Shown piece after piece: positions 1-11,300 of a stretch of 64,000 bases of DNA (positions are counted from its first letter, which is position 1; each line of letters begins with the position of its first letter). The notes under the pieces were generated by a model. It worked only from the letters and a program-made list of their open reading frames with translations. It made no database searches and was not told the DNA's origin. The DNA is from Methanothermococcus sp. Ax23 (GTDB taxonomy: Archaea > AGJL01 > Methanococci > Methanococcales > Methanococcaceae), in NCBI RefSeq assembly GCF_049075655.1, contig NZ_CP157522.1, positions 960,001 to 1,024,000 of the forward strand. Reading direction: 5' to 3'. The position numbers were made by a program, and so were the translations under genes.

Positions 1-30
1 GGGGCTATTGAAATAAAAGACAAACTTTAA
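1..30 (+). CDS. mcrB: methyl-coenzyme M reductase beta subunit, C-terminal end (partial)
   Basis: Reads GAIEIKDKL-stop directly upstream of mcrD; conserved mcrBDCGA order. Confidence 0.75.
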   Translation, partial: GAIEIKDKL

Positions 31-83
31 TTTAATTAATAGTTATCAATCATACCATTAAAACTACAATGATAGGTAATAAA

Positions 84-578
84 ATGATAGAAATAGAAGT
101 CTTCCCCCATAGGTATTTAAAAGCTAAAACTACTGAAAAATTCCTTAATGAAGCTTATTCCTTAGATACGGTGGAGAGAATCATAATCCACGGTGAGCCT
201 TTGCCAAAAACCGTATATTACGGTCCTGCAAGAGGAACTCCTGTGAATCATCCTGAGAGAAAGGAAATTAACGTTCATGGAGTTCCTGTCGAGCTCACAG
301 TGATGGCAGGGAGATTCTGGATAACATTAAAGGATGATAGTGAAGTAGATAAAATTGAAGAAATCTGTAAATCACTGTTTCCATATGGATACAATATAAA
401 GGTCGGTAAATTTACCAGAAGTAAAGCAACCGTAACAGATTATATGAAATACGGTGAAAAACTGGTAAATATGATGGATAGAACTATGATAGGCTTAACC
501 GACCCAAGAAGCAAATATGAATCCGCAGTAAAAATTATTCCAAAAGATGAAAAAGAAGCTGAAATATCCAATGAATAA
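84..578 (+). CDS. mcrD: methyl-coenzyme M reductase operon protein D
   Basis: IEVFPHRYL...TTEKFLN and HGEPLP..GPARG motifs; ATG at 84 follows AGGT RBS. Confidence 0.95.
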   Translation: MIEIEVFPHRYLKAKTTEKFLNEAYSLDTVERIIIHGEPLPKTVYYGPARGTPVNHPERKEINVHGVPVELTVMAGRFWITLKDDSEVDKIEEICKSLFPYGYNIKVGKFTRSKATVTDYMKYGEKLVNMMDRTMIGLTDPRSKYESAVKIIPKDEKEAEISNE

Positions 579-604
579 TTGCAATAAACCATTAAAGTGA
601 TTAT

Positions 605-1201
605 ATGCCAGTAGGTAGAAGAGAGCAAATTGTAGATTGCAGGTCCGTAATGGGATTGGGCGAAGGCGGTGGATTGGCTCAAAGAGGAACCTTCGCAGAA
701 GGTTTAGAAAATGATGTTGTAGTTGTAGCTATGTCTCCTGGAAGGAGGCATATCACAAAACCAGTTTGTGAAATTACCTATGGTATAAGGGAAGCAGGAA
801 TCCAAACAAGCGTTCTTGTATTGGATGCAGGTAGTGGTATTCCTCATGATGCCCCTCATGGAAGTCTTGGTTCAACATTTGGATTAAAACCCAAAGAGGC
901 CGAGCAGGTAAATAGGCATAAACTCTGCGTTGTCCATTTTGGGAATGTTAAAAGTCATATTGTATATAAGGCAAGATTATTTCTAAGGTATGTTAAAATA
1001 CCAACAATAATTGTTTGCCAAACTCCTATTGATATGGAGGATTTTGCTAAGGTGGGTATTAAAACTAAGGATGTTATGCCTATTGAACCTAAAACTGAAG
1101 GTATGGTTGTGGATATTATTACAGGAGTTGTTAGGGGTGAATCAGCTCCGCAGTCTAAAATTGATGAAGTAATTGAAAAAATCAAGAAGCATTTAACTTA
1201 A
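605..1201 (+). CDS. mcrC: methyl-coenzyme M reductase operon protein C
   Basis: [20 protein letters not shown] and [16 protein letters not shown] motifs. Confidence 0.96.
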   Translation: MPVGRREQIVDCRSVMGLGEGGGLAQRGTFAEGLENDVVVVAMSPGRRHITKPVCEITYGIREAGIQTSVLVLDAGSGIPHDAPHGSLGSTFGLKPKEAEQVNRHKLCVVHFGNVKSHIVYKARLFLRYVKIPTIIVCQTPIDMEDFAKVGIKTKDVMPIEPKTEGMVVDIITGVVRGESAPQSKIDEVIEKIKKHLT

Positions 1202-1212
1202 GAGGTGATTTT

Positions 1213-1995
1213 ATGGCATACAAGCCTCAATATTACCCTGGTGCAACAAAAATTGCACAGAACAGAAGAGACCACTTGAACCCAGAAGTTGAATTGGAAA
1301 AATTAAGGGAAATTCCAGACGATGAAATTGTAAAAGTTATGGGACACAGACAACCTGGTGAAGATTATAAAACAGTTCACCCTCCATTGGAAGAAATGGA
1401 CTTGCCAGAAGATTATGTAAGAGACTTAGTTGAACCTATCACAGGAGCTAAGGAAGGGCACAGGATTAGATATATCCAGTTCGCAGATTCCATGTACAAT
1501 GCACCTGCTCAGCCATACGACAGAGCAAGAACATACATGTGGAGATTCAGAGGTGTAGATACAGGAACACTCTCAGGAAGACAAGTTATTGAAATGAGAG
1601 AAAGTAACCTTGAAGAAATCTCAAAGAACTTCTGTATCGATACAGCATTCTTTGACCCTGCAACCTGTGGTATGAGAGGAGCGACCGTTCACGGACACTC
1701 ATTAAGATTGGATGAAAACGGATTAATGTTCGATGCTCTCCAAAGATACATCTATGATGAAAAAACAGGTCATGTATTATATGTAAAAGACCAGGTTGGA
1801 AGACCATTGGATGAACCTGTTGATGTTGGAGAACCATTACCTGCTGAAAAATTGGCAGAAATTACAACAATATATAGAAAAGATGGAGTTCCAATGAGAG
1901 ATGATGAAGAGCTCATAACAGTAGTTAAGAGAATCCACAGGGCAAGAACATTAGGTGGATTTATGCCTACTGAAGAAACATTTAAGGGATTGTAA
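1213..1995 (+). CDS. mcrG: methyl-coenzyme M reductase gamma subunit
   Basis: YPGATKIAQNRR, RGVDTGTLSGRQ, RGATVHGHSLRLDENG. Confidence 0.98.
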   Translation: MAYKPQYYPGATKIAQNRRDHLNPEVELEKLREIPDDEIVKVMGHRQPGEDYKTVHPPLEEMDLPEDYVRDLVEPITGAKEGHRIRYIQFADSMYNAPAQPYDRARTYMWRFRGVDTGTLSGRQVIEMRESNLEEISKNFCIDTAFFDPATCGMRGATVHGHSLRLDENGLMFDALQRYIYDEKTGHVLYVKDQVGRPLDEPVDVGEPLPAEKLAEITTIYRKDGVPMRDDEELITVVKRIHRARTLGGFMPTEETFKGL

Positions 1996-2065
1996 TTAGT
2001 GTATATTATCTTAATTAAATTATTTAATTAATTATTACCTCTATAAACTTTTGAGGTGAATATTT

Positions 2066-3724
2066 ATGGAAGCTGAAAAGAAATTGTTCTTAAAAGCATT
2101 AAAAGAAAAATTTGAAGAAGACCCAAAAGAAAAATATACAAAATTCTACACCTTCGGTGGATGGAAACAGTCAAAGAGAAAAACAGAGTTTGTTGAAGCA
2201 GCAAAAGAAGTGGCTGAGAAAAGAGGCGGAATTCCTGGATACAACCCAGATATTGGGGTTCCACTCGGACAGAGAAAATTAATGCCTTACAAACTCTCAA
2301 ACACAGACAGCATTGTAGAAGGAGATGACTTACACTTCATGAACAACGCTGCTATCCAGCAAATGTGGGACGACATCAGAAGAACAGTTATTGTAGGTAT
2401 GGACACAGGACACGCTGTTCTTGAAAAAAGGCTTGGTGTGGAAGTTACACCTGAAACAATCAACGAATATATGGAAACAATAAACCACGCATTGCCTGGT
2501 GGTGCTGTTGTTCAGGAACACATGGTTGAGGTAGACCCTGCATTAGCATGGGACTCATACGCTAAGATATTCACAGGAGACGATGAATTAGCAGATGAGC
2601 TCGACAAAAGAGTATTAATTGACATTAACAAATTATTCCCGGAAGAACAGGCAGAACAGTTAAAAGCTGCTATTGGTAAAAGAACCTACCAGGTATCAAG
2701 AGTTCCTACATTAGTAGGTAGAGTATGTGATGGAGGTACCATAGCAAGATGGTCTGCTATGCAGATTGGAATGTCATTCATTACAGCATACAAACTCTGT
2801 GCTGGGGAAGCTGCAATTGCTGACTTCTCATACGCTGCAAAACACGCTGATGTTGTAGGTTTAGGTACTGCACTACCAGCAAGAAGGTCAAGAGGAGCAA
2901 ACGAGCCAGGAGGTATCCCATTCGGTGTATTATGTGATGTAGTGCAGACAACAAGAGTGAGTGATGACCCAGTTGAGCAGTCCTTAGAGGTAGTTGCTAC
3001 TGGTGCTATGTTATACGACCAGATATGGCTCGGTGCATACATGTCAGGTGGTGTAGGATTCACACAATATGCTACCGCATCATACACAGACGATATTTTG
3101 GATGACTTCTCATACTATGGATACGACTATGTAGAGAAGAAATACGGAATAAACAACACAAAACCAACAATGGATGTCGTAGAAGACATTGCAACAGAAG
3201 TTACACTCTACGCATTAGAGCAGTATGACGAGTTCCCAGCATTGTTGGAAGACCACTTCGGAGGTTCCCAGAGAGCAGCAGTTACAGCTGCAGCAGCAGG
3301 TATTTCAGTATGTATGGCAACAGGAAACTCAAATGCTGGTGTTAATGGATGGTATTTAAGCCAGATATTGCACAAAGAATACCACAGCAGATTAGGATTC
3401 TACGGATACGACTTGCAAGACCAGTGTGGTGCTTCAAACTCACTTTCAATTAGAAACGATGAATCATCACCATTGGAATTGAGAGGTCCAAACTATCCAA
3501 ACTACGCAATGAACGTAGGTCACCAGGGAGAATACGCAGGTATTACTCAGGCAGCTCACTCAGCAAGAAGAGATGCATTTGCAACAAACCCATTAATCAA
3601 GATTGCATTTGCAGACCCATCATTAGTATTCGACTTCGCACACCCAAGAAAAGAATGTGCAAGAGGAGCTCTAAGAGAATTCGAACCAGCAGGAGAAAGA
3701 GACCCAATTATCCCTGCACACTAA
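2066..3724 (+). CDS. mcrA: methyl-coenzyme M reductase alpha subunit
   Basis: [41 protein letters not shown]. Confidence 0.99.
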   Translation: MEAEKKLFLKALKEKFEEDPKEKYTKFYTFGGWKQSKRKTEFVEAAKEVAEKRGGIPGYNPDIGVPLGQRKLMPYKLSNTDSIVEGDDLHFMNNAAIQQMWDDIRRTVIVGMDTGHAVLEKRLGVEVTPETINEYMETINHALPGGAVVQEHMVEVDPALAWDSYAKIFTGDDELADELDKRVLIDINKLFPEEQAEQLKAAIGKRTYQVSRVPTLVGRVCDGGTIARWSAMQIGMSFITAYKLCAGEAAIADFSYAAKHADVVGLGTALPARRSRGANEPGGIPFGVLCDVVQTTRVSDDPVEQSLEVVATGAMLYDQIWLGAYMSGGVGFTQYATASYTDDILDDFSYYGYDYVEKKYGINNTKPTMDVVEDIATEVTLYALEQYDEFPALLEDHFGGSQRAAVTAAAAGISVCMATGNSNAGVNGWYLSQILHKEYHSRLGFYGYDLQDQCGASNSLSIRNDESSPLELRGPNYPNYAMNVGHQGEYAGITQAAHSARRDAFATNPLIKIAFADPSLVFDFAHPRKECARGALREFEPAGERDPIIPAH

Positions 3725-3736
3725 AAAAATATTTTT

Positions 3737-3761
3737 AGGAAACTTTAACGTTTCCTTTTTT
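3737..3761 (+). terminator. putative mcr operon terminator
   Basis: AGGAAAC/GTTTCCT hairpin followed by a T run just after the mcrA stop. Confidence 0.5.
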
Positions 3762-3888
3762 ACTTCATATTATAAGATACCGATAATATTGTTATTCTAT
3801 TTTAATTATACATATTATTTTTCCATTTAGTTAAAGAATGCTTTATTAAAAATAAACAATATTTGCCGTATTTTTATGGAATCAAATA

Positions 3889-3903
3889 GAAAATAATATA
3901 TAT
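3889..3903 (+). promoter_or_regulatory. putative BRE/TATA promoter of the mtr operon
   Basis: GAAAATAATATATA about 65 nt upstream of the mtrE ATG. Confidence 0.45.
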
Positions 3904-3966
3904 TATCACAAATGAATGATACATTCGGGAATAAAACAAAATTAGTGTTTTATACGAGGTGAAATA

Positions 3967-4869
3967 ATGGACCCAACATTGTTGGCTCTTGGGGCATTGG
4001 CATTATCCGGTGCTGCGGCTACCGTGGCAGGATGTGCGGAAGATTTGGAATCCGATGTAGGTTCTCAGTCAAACCCTAACTCTCAGGTTCAGTTAGGACC
4101 TCAGATGGGTAATATACACAGATACTTTAACAAAGCTATATCTGGGGAACCTGTATCCTATGGTTTATATGTTGCTGCGGCAGGTGCAGTTGCATGGGCT
4201 TTAATGGGTGCAGGACTTAATACAGTATTGGCACTTATTGTAGGTTCAGGAATTGCAGCATTAGTTCATGGTGCTTATTCAGTAAGTGCATACTTAGGAA
4301 GGATAGTAGGTCAGTCTAAAAACTTCGGTCAGCCAGTATATATGGATGTAATTACGACACATTTAGGTCCTATAGTAGGACATGGTTTTATTGCAGTATT
4401 TTGTATATTATTCGCTGCACATTTGGCAAGCACAGCATTAGGAAATCCATTCCCATTACCATTAATTGCATTGATATTCGGTATTACAGTAGGTGCTATT
4501 GGTTCATCAACAGGGGACGTTCACTACGGTGCTGAAAGAGAATATCAAAAATACCCATTCGGTGGAGGTATTCCTGTTGCAAACCAGGGGGACATTGATA
4601 TTAAAGCAGAAACTGGTATTAGAAATGGTATGGATTCATCTTATTTTTGTTCTAGATTAGGAGGTCCATTGACAGGGCTTGCATTTGGTCTTATCATATT
4701 CCTCGACGGCTGGAGAGGAATTGTTGGAAGTATTCTTGGTGGAGATTTAATTACAAAGTCAGCAATTGCTATTGTTGTAGGACTTATAATTGTTGCAATT
4801 GCAGCATACCTCAACAGAGTAATAGAAGTATATGCTAGAAACAAATATGGTCCATACACAAACAGATAA
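3967..4869 (+). CDS. mtrE: N5-methyl-H4MPT:CoM methyltransferase subunit E
   Basis: AEDLESDVGSQSNPNSQVQL, NKAISGEPV, GDVHYGAERE. Confidence 0.98.
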   Translation: MDPTLLALGALALSGAAATVAGCAEDLESDVGSQSNPNSQVQLGPQMGNIHRYFNKAISGEPVSYGLYVAAAGAVAWALMGAGLNTVLALIVGSGIAALVHGAYSVSAYLGRIVGQSKNFGQPVYMDVITTHLGPIVGHGFIAVFCILFAAHLASTALGNPFPLPLIALIFGITVGAIGSSTGDVHYGAEREYQKYPFGGGIPVANQGDIDIKAETGIRNGMDSSYFCSRLGGPLTGLAFGLIIFLDGWRGIVGSILGGDLITKSAIAIVVGLIIVAIAAYLNRVIEVYARNKYGPYTNR

Positions 4870-4899
4870 TAGATTAAGAAATAAATTTGGTGATAAACT

Positions 4900-5607
4900 A
4901 TGGATGCTGTAAGTTTAATACTGCCTCTTGCAGAGATTACAGTTGCAGGTGCCATAATTAATGCAAGTGTTCATTTTGTTCCAGTGGGTGGAGCTCCCGC
5001 AGCTATGGCTACATCAACTGGTGTAGGGACAGGAACTACTCAGTTAGCAGCAGGTGCTGGATTTACAGGATTAATGGCTGCTGCTATAATGGCTGCACAA
5101 AGCGGTATTAATTTAATGAACCCAGTGCATTTAGCAATTATATTATTATCCGGAGCAGTAGGTTCCATGATTATGCTGGGTTTAACAATGTTGATTGGTC
5201 AGTTGATTTATGTCTTTGGTGTTGGAGTAGTTCCAGCAGCAGATAAGTGTGATAAAGACCCAATTACAGGAGATTATCAAAAATCATACATTACACCGGG
5301 GACCACAGGGCATGCCATACCTACTGTATGTTTCATCAGTGGTTTAATTGGTGCAGCACTCGGTGGTATCGGTGGAGGTCTTGCATATATAGCATTTAAA
5401 CAGTTAGGATTCAGTTCAGAGATTGCAGGGGTAATTGCTGTTGGTTTCTTTTTCATGAATGCGGTTCTTGCATCATACAACATTGGAGGAACAACAGAAG
5501 GATTCCACGACCCAAAATTCAAGAAGATACCAAATGGAATTATAGCATCATTTGTAGCTTCATTAGTGGCAGGAGCTATCGTAGCAGGTATGGCTCTTGG
5601 AATTTAA
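4900..5607 (+). CDS. mtrD: Mtr subunit D
   Basis: [40 protein letters not shown]. Confidence 0.98.
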   Translation: MDAVSLILPLAEITVAGAIINASVHFVPVGGAPAAMATSTGVGTGTTQLAAGAGFTGLMAAAIMAAQSGINLMNPVHLAIILLSGAVGSMIMLGLTMLIGQLIYVFGVGVVPAADKCDKDPITGDYQKSYITPGTTGHAIPTVCFISGLIGAALGGIGGGLAYIAFKQLGFSSEIAGVIAVGFFFMNAVLASYNIGGTTEGFHDPKFKKIPNGIIASFVASLVAGAIVAGMALGI

Positions 5608-5639
5608 ATTATAATAATATAAATAAATGAGGTGTTATT

Positions 5640-6452
5640 ATGAGTCATGGTGGTGGAGGACATGCAGCAGAACTTTATCCAGAAAACCAGGTTTTAATAT
5701 TTGGTGCGGTCCTTTCAATTGTTGGAATGTATATTGCACAATTTGTCCCTCAATTAGCCATGCTTGTTGGAGGACTTTTAGCAGCTGCGGCTACTGTGGC
5801 AGGTGCAAACACTACAAGAAGAGTAGCAGCTTATGGGCTTGGGACTGGTGTTCCATCCATCGGTATGGTAAGTTTAGGTATGGGAACAATGTCAGCATTA
5901 GCAGGAGTATTGTTGGCTAATGCAATGGTTACTCAATTTGGACTTCCAAATAGCGTCATCTATGCCATACCAATAATTGTGGCAGTGGTAGCTATAGTTT
6001 TAGGATTTATTGTAGGGAAATTAACAGTAAAACCAATTGGAATGAAGATACCAATTATGGTTGAAAGTATGACAAAGTTGGCTCTTATGGGAGCTCTGTC
6101 AATTATGGGATTCTGTGTAGCTTTCGCAGGTGGATTTTCACCTGATGTGCTTATTCCAGGAGCAATTAAAAATGGAATAATTGGGTTAGCATTTATTGCA
6201 GCAGGTATGGCTATATTACACCCATTTAACGCATGTTTAGGTCCAAATGAAAGTCATAAAAGGACATTGCTATTGGCAATAGCATGTGGATTGCTAACAT
6301 GGTTTATATTCTCAGTAGCTAAATTGGATGTAGTATCTTCAATAGCTTCTGTTGCATTATGGGCAGTTGTGTACAGGTCATTTGTGAAACAGTCATTAAA
6401 CGATGCCTGCGATGTTTTATACACCCCAGAATTACCTAAGAAGGAAATGTAA
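5640..6452 (+). CDS. mtrC: Mtr subunit C
   Basis: [27 protein letters not shown]. Confidence 0.98.
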   Translation: MSHGGGGHAAELYPENQVLIFGAVLSIVGMYIAQFVPQLAMLVGGLLAAAATVAGANTTRRVAAYGLGTGVPSIGMVSLGMGTMSALAGVLLANAMVTQFGLPNSVIYAIPIIVAVVAIVLGFIVGKLTVKPIGMKIPIMVESMTKLALMGALSIMGFCVAFAGGFSPDVLIPGAIKNGIIGLAFIAAGMAILHPFNACLGPNESHKRTLLLAIACGLLTWFIFSVAKLDVVSSIASVALWAVVYRSFVKQSLNDACDVLYTPELPKKEM

Positions 6453-6461
6453 GGTGGTAAG

Positions 6462-6788
6462 ATGGAAATAATAAAAATATGTCCTGAAATTGGAGTTGTA
6501 ATGGATGTAGATTCAGGACTTATCGCTGAGATGAGAAAGGATATCCTTGTAGTAGATTTAAATCCTGTTGAGGAAGAAATAAATAAATTAGAAAAATTGG
6601 CAAAGGCATTCGAAAATTCACTTGACCCAAGACATGCTCCATTAAAAGCATATGCGGGTAGGGAAGGAACCTATGAAATTGGAGGTCTCTTTCAAGGAAT
6701 GTTCTTTGGTTTCTGGATAACATTGGCAATCGCTATATTGGCTATAATATTAGTTATTAAAATGAATCCAGGTTTGATAGGGTTATAA
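6462..6788 (+). CDS. mtrB: Mtr subunit B
   Basis: [14 protein letters not shown]...GREG and a C-terminal TM helix. Confidence 0.95.
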   Translation: MEIIKICPEIGVVMDVDSGLIAEMRKDILVVDLNPVEEEINKLEKLAKAFENSLDPRHAPLKAYAGREGTYEIGGLFQGMFFGFWITLAIAILAIILVIKMNPGLIGL

Positions 6789-8074
6789 GTTTGGAGGTGC
6801 TAAAATATGGCAGATAAAAAAGCCCCTGCATCAGGATGGCCAATTGTAAGTGGTGAGTATGTAGTGGGAAATCCTGAAAGCTGCGTTGCAGTCGTAACAT
6901 TGGGTTCCCACGGAATAGATGAGGCTGCTATTGAAGCAGGAGCCGCTATTTCAGGACCTTGCCACACAGAAAATCTTGGAATTGAAAAAGTTGTAGCAAA
7001 CTACATATCAAATCCAAACATTAGATTTATGGTAGTATGTGGTTCCGAGGTTCAGGGACACATTACAGGACAGTGTTTTAAAGCATTGCATGAAAATGGT
7101 ATTGGAGACGATGGAGGAATCATCGGAGCTAAGGGAGCTATCCCATTCTTGGAAAACGCAGGTAAGGATGCTATTGAAAGATTCCAAAGACAGATTGTAG
7201 AAGTTGTGGATTTAATCGATGTAGAAGATACGGGTAAAATAGCACAGGCTATTAAGGACTGCATTTCAAAAGACCCTGGTGCTATCGACGAAGACCCAAT
7301 GATATTGGACTTAGAAGGTGGCGCTGGCGGTGCAGGTGATGATGAATCCACTTCAATAAAACCATCTTCACCAGAGTTAGTATTGTTGGAAACAAGAATG
7401 AGATTAATTTCTGAAAAAATAAACGATGCTGCGTTAGTTGCAAAATTTAACTCAGGATACTATAACGGAAAGATTCAAGGTATAGCAATAGGTATGTTCC
7501 TATCCTTGCTGATATTCTCGTTGTTATAAGTTTGGAGGTGCTAAAATATGGCAGATAAAAAAGCCCCTGCATCAGGATGGCCAATTGTAAGTGGTGAGTA
7601 TGTAGTGGGAAATCCTGAAAGCTGCGTTGCAGTCGTAACATTGGGTTCCCACGGAATAGATGAGGCTGCTATTGAAGCAGGAGCCGCTATTTCAGGACCT
7701 TGCCACACAGAAAATCTTGGAATTGAAAAAGTTGTAGCAAACTACATATCAAATCCAAACATTAGATTTATGGTAGTATGTGGTTCCGAGGTTCAGGGAC
7801 ACATTACAGGACAGTGTTTTAAAGCATTGCATGAAAATGGTATTGGAGACGATGGAGGAATCATCGGAGCTAAGGGAGCTATCCCATTCTTGGAAAACGC
7901 AGGTAAGGATGCTATTGAAAGATTCCAAAGACAGATTGTAGAAGTTGTGGATTTAATCGATGTAGAAGATACGGGTAAAATAGCACAGGCTATTAAGGAC
8001 TGCATTTCAAAAGACCCTGGTGCTATCGACGAAGACCCAATGATATTGGACTTAGAAGGTGGCGCTGGCGGTGC
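6782..8074 (+). repeat. 552-bp direct repeat (6782-7333 / 7523-8074)
   Basis: Appears nucleotide-identical by eye, including RBS and upstream stop codon; offset 741 bp. Confidence 0.9.
6807..7529 (+). CDS. mtrA: Mtr subunit A (corrinoid protein)
   Basis: [36 protein letters not shown]; C-terminal GKIQG TM anchor. Confidence 0.97.
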   Translation: MADKKAPASGWPIVSGEYVVGNPESCVAVVTLGSHGIDEAAIEAGAAISGPCHTENLGIEKVVANYISNPNIRFMVVCGSEVQGHITGQCFKALHENGIGDDGGIIGAKGAIPFLENAGKDAIERFQRQIVEVVDLIDVEDTGKIAQAIKDCISKDPGAIDEDPMILDLEGGAGGAGDDESTSIKPSSPELVLLETRMRLISEKINDAALVAKFNSGYYNGKIQGIAIGMFLSLLIFSLL

Positions 8075-8312
8075 TGAAGGTGGAGATGAAGAAGGTCTCT
8101 CAATTGAAGGTATTCCAACAGTTGTGGAACCTGATTTGGAATATGCTAAAAAACTTATGAATGTTTTGGATTACAAAGTAGGATTACTTACAAGAGACTT
8201 TGGTTTGGCATCAGGAGTACAATCCAAGGCACTTGAAGGAGCAGCATATGGTGCATTGTTCGCGGTAGTTTTAATTGGAATTCCAATTGCATTAAAATTC
8301 TTATTAGGGTGA
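7548..8312 (+). CDS. mtrF: MtrA-MtrF fusion (second MtrA domain plus MtrF-like C-terminus)
   Basis: First ~175 aa identical to MtrA; C-terminus [15 protein letters not shown] is MtrF-like; occupies the mtrF position. Confidence 0.9.
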   Translation: MADKKAPASGWPIVSGEYVVGNPESCVAVVTLGSHGIDEAAIEAGAAISGPCHTENLGIEKVVANYISNPNIRFMVVCGSEVQGHITGQCFKALHENGIGDDGGIIGAKGAIPFLENAGKDAIERFQRQIVEVVDLIDVEDTGKIAQAIKDCISKDPGAIDEDPMILDLEGGAGGAEGGDEEGLSIEGIPTVVEPDLEYAKKLMNVLDYKVGLLTRDFGLASGVQSKALEGAAYGALFAVVLIGIPIALKFLLG

Positions 8313-8316
8313 TTAG

Positions 8317-8544
8317 ATGACTGAGATACCCACAGTAGTTACTCCATCAAAAGATTTTAAAAGATTACAGGAAAAATTAAATGACATAGATGAAACCGTA
8401 GAGAATACAAATGCCGAAGTAATACAAAGGTTAGGTAAAAAGGCAGGTAGGGATGTTGGTATTGTCTATGGATTCATGATAGGATTTATAATTATGATGG
8501 TAATTGGAAAAATATTACCAATATTTCAATATTACCTAAAATAA
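8317..8544 (+). CDS. mtrG: Mtr subunit G
   Basis: EVIQRLGKKAGRDVGIVYG. Confidence 0.96.
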   Translation: MTEIPTVVTPSKDFKRLQEKLNDIDETVENTNAEVIQRLGKKAGRDVGIVYGFMIGFIIMMVIGKILPIFQYYLK

Positions 8545-8571
8545 AATAAAGGATAATTGAGGTGGTAATAG

Positions 8572-9531
8572 ATGTTCAAATTTGACAAAGAACAGATGGT
8601 AATCGAAATCGCAGGTAGGAAATTTGGTGGTCAGCCAGGAGAATACCCAACAGGTTTATCAGGAACCATATTCTACGCAAGACACAAAATCGTTGAAGAT
8701 GAAAGAAAAGGTATTTTCGATAAAGCAGCTGCGGAAGATTTAATAAACAAGCAGGCAGAAATGGAAGATACCACAGGAAACCCAGCACTTGTTCAGGTAT
8801 TTGGTGGGAACCCTGAAGCATTGACAAAATACATAGACTTCGTTGCTGAGGTATGGGATGGACCAATGTTATTGGACTCCACCTCAGGAGAAGCAAGAAT
8901 GGCAGCAGCAAGAAGGGCAACAGAAGCAGGTTATGCTAATCAGTGTATTTACAACTCTATTAATGTTTCAATTGAAGAAGAAGAATTCCAGAACTTAGTA
9001 GAAAGTGACTTAGAGGCATCAATTGTTTTATGTTTCGACCCAATGGACCCATCAGTTGAAGGTAAATTGAATGTTTTATTAGATGGTGGTAAAACAACAG
9101 ATACTGGTATGTTGGAATTAGCTGAAAAAGCAGGAATTAAATACCCGTTGATTGACGTTGCTGTTACACCATTAGGTAGCGGTGCAGGTCCTGCTGTAAG
9201 AGCATCATTTGCAGTTAAAGCAAAATTGGGTCTTCCAGTAGGAAGTGGTATTCACAACATTCCATCTGCATGGGACTGGTTAAGGGAATTCAGAAAAGGA
9301 TTAAGAGAATCAGGTTTAACCCAATTGTCAAAAGATGTTCATCATGTTTGTGATATTGGGGCAAACATTGTTCAGACAATGGCTGCAGGGGACTTTGTTT
9401 TATATGGTCCTATTGACAACGCACAGTTAACATTCCCTGCAATAGCAATGACCGATGCAGTAATCGCAGAAGCTGCAAAAGAAATGGGTATATCCCCAAT
9501 CGATGCTCACCCAATAAACAAATTGTTGTAA
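8572..9531 (+). CDS. mtrH: Mtr subunit H
   Basis: FGGQPGEYPT, GSGIHNIPSAWDWL. Confidence 0.98.
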   Translation: MFKFDKEQMVIEIAGRKFGGQPGEYPTGLSGTIFYARHKIVEDERKGIFDKAAAEDLINKQAEMEDTTGNPALVQVFGGNPEALTKYIDFVAEVWDGPMLLDSTSGEARMAAARRATEAGYANQCIYNSINVSIEEEEFQNLVESDLEASIVLCFDPMDPSVEGKLNVLLDGGKTTDTGMLELAEKAGIKYPLIDVAVTPLGSGAGPAVRASFAVKAKLGLPVGSGIHNIPSAWDWLREFRKGLRESGLTQLSKDVHHVCDIGANIVQTMAAGDFVLYGPIDNAQLTFPAIAMTDAVIAEAAKEMGISPIDAHPINKLL

Positions 9532-9697
9532 TTAAAGTTAAAAAAATAAATATAACTAATTTTTTAATCTTTTCTATTTTAAAAAATTACTGATTGTAGT
9601 TTTTCATAATTTTATAATTTAATTTCAATAATGCGTTTTTAATAATAACTAAAAGGAGCTCTACAATTTTCAATAATTTAAATTAATTAATATTATG

Positions 9698-10225
9698 TTA
9701 GTATTTCCAAATTATGGAGAAATCCTTCAATGCGTTTTTTACTTTATCCTTATTGCCTTCAATTATAACGGTATTATCCAATTCCTTACTGAATTCAAAA
9801 ATAACACCATACCATTCGCTTAAATCACCCAATATTTCAGTTTGAAGTTCCTTGTTTAGTTTTATCCTTATGGACTCGATATCCTTTCTTTTTTTAACTT
9901 CTGTGTTAAATGTGGTTTTTTTAAGGGGAAACTCTGCATCAAGTTCATTCCTTACAGCCTTAGCCATTTTGTCTAAATATTCTTTGGCGAGCTCATTATC
10001 ACACAAACCAAAAAGAATCATCTGCACTTTTGAAAGCTCTTTTTCAGCATCCCTCAAAGCCTCAAAAGATGAATGCTCATCCAGCAAGTAGTATGTAATT
10101 ATATTGTTTGCCAGTCTCAATCTGAAAAAGGCTTCTTCTGGAACCATCCGTCCCTTGCTTGCCAATATAGATGCGAGCTCCGCTAAGACTACCCACTGTT
10201 TATCTATTCCTCGTGCATCTTTCAT
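9698..10225 (-). CDS. conserved archaeal protein (DUF2096-like)
   Basis: N-terminal QWVVLAEL motif typical of this methanogen family. Confidence 0.65.
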   Translation of the reverse strand: MKDARGIDKQWVVLAELASILASKGRMVPEEAFFRLRLANNIITYYLLDEHSSFEALRDAEKELSKVQMILFGLCDNELAKEYLDKMAKAVRNELDAEFPLKKTTFNTEVKKRKDIESIRIKLNKELQTEILGDLSEWYGVIFEFSKELDNTVIIEGNKDKVKNALKDFSIIWKY

Positions 10226-10229
10226 ATTA

Positions 10230-10955
10230 TCACTTCTGTTTTTTTAAGTAATACAATCTTTTTTCTTTATCAAATTTTTCGACAGCATACCTAAGCATCG
10301 TTCTTGGCATTACTACACAGTATTTTTCTAAAAATTCTTCTTCAACAGCCCTATTTCTCTTTCCAACTTCCCTCAGCATCCATCCAACTGCCTTATGAAT
10401 TAAATCATGCCTATCATTTAATAGAATCTTGGAGATTTTTAATGTATCGTTAAAATCATATTTCCTAATAAATTCAAATGTTGATACAATTGAAATTCTT
10501 CTTTCCCAAAGATTTTCCGATTTTGCGAGCTCATACAACACATTTCTATTTTTATCAAATAGATAATTCCCAACAATCTTATAGCAAGATGTATCCACCA
10601 AATCCCAATTATTTATATTTTTTGTATTTTTTAGATAAAATTTATAAATATCTCTTTTTAAGTCTTCGTTAGATTTTGCCCTTTGATATTTGTAGGTCAA
10701 TATTAAAAGAGCCGTAAGCCTATGCTCATGAATCCTTGAATTTAAGAGCTCCTGCAATTCATCAAAATTTAGATGGATATATTTTTTTGCAAGTTTCCTT
10801 TGCTGTGGAACTGTGATTCCTAAAAATACATCCCCTTCTGCATACTCTCCTTTTCCAGTTTTAAAAAACTTTTGAATTGTTTCTGCCTTTTTAGGATTTT
10901 TTAAGGAATCCATTTCAGAGAGTAAATTATTTAGACAATTACCTGATGGACACAT
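10230..10955 (-). CDS. DNA alkylation repair protein (AlkD-like HEAT repeat)
   Basis: FFKTGKGEYAEGDVFLG, NNWDLVD, HKAVGWMLREVGK, MPRTMLRYA. Confidence 0.9.
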   Translation of the reverse strand: MCPSGNCLNNLLSEMDSLKNPKKAETIQKFFKTGKGEYAEGDVFLGITVPQQRKLAKKYIHLNFDELQELLNSRIHEHRLTALLILTYKYQRAKSNEDLKRDIYKFYLKNTKNINNWDLVDTSCYKIVGNYLFDKNRNVLYELAKSENLWERRISIVSTFEFIRKYDFNDTLKISKILLNDRHDLIHKAVGWMLREVGKRNRAVEEEFLEKYCVVMPRTMLRYAVEKFDKEKRLYYLKKQK

Positions 10956-10966
10956 AATGCCACTTT

Positions 10967-11269
10967 TTATTTGTTCATCCTTTCAATGTATCTTTTTAGC
11001 GTTTCCTCTGAATCGTAATTTAATGAAGTTTCCATCTCATTTAACTTTGTTTTAATATAGTCTATGCTTTCCTCTCCATCTATAAAAAATGCCTGATAAC
11101 TTGTGGTTCCGGATATATTAAATATTGCTACAACATTGTCGTTTTTTAGTTCCCTTTTGTCAATATTAGCCCTCATTCTTATACAGTCTGCCACTTCACT
11201 TTTTAACCCCTCTTCAACGCTTATTATACTTATTAATTTCGCTGTAAATGTATTTGCATTACACTCCAT
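10967..11269 (-). CDS. conserved hypothetical methanogen protein (DUF749-like)
   Basis: F.AKLISI...RA..DKREL...AIFNI.GT.SY pattern; GGTGA RBS. Confidence 0.55.
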   Translation of the reverse strand: MECNANTFTAKLISIISVEEGLKSEVADCIRMRANIDKRELKNDNVVAIFNISGTTSYQAFFIDGEESIDYIKTKLNEMETSLNYDSEETLKRYIERMNK

Positions 11270-11300
11270 GATATCACCATAATATTAATTATTTATCAAA

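Noticed and set aside
2686-3087. Numerous antisense ORFs inside mcr, mtr, por, trp and synthetase genes
   Set aside because: Fully overlap well-supported genes and are explained by codon bias.
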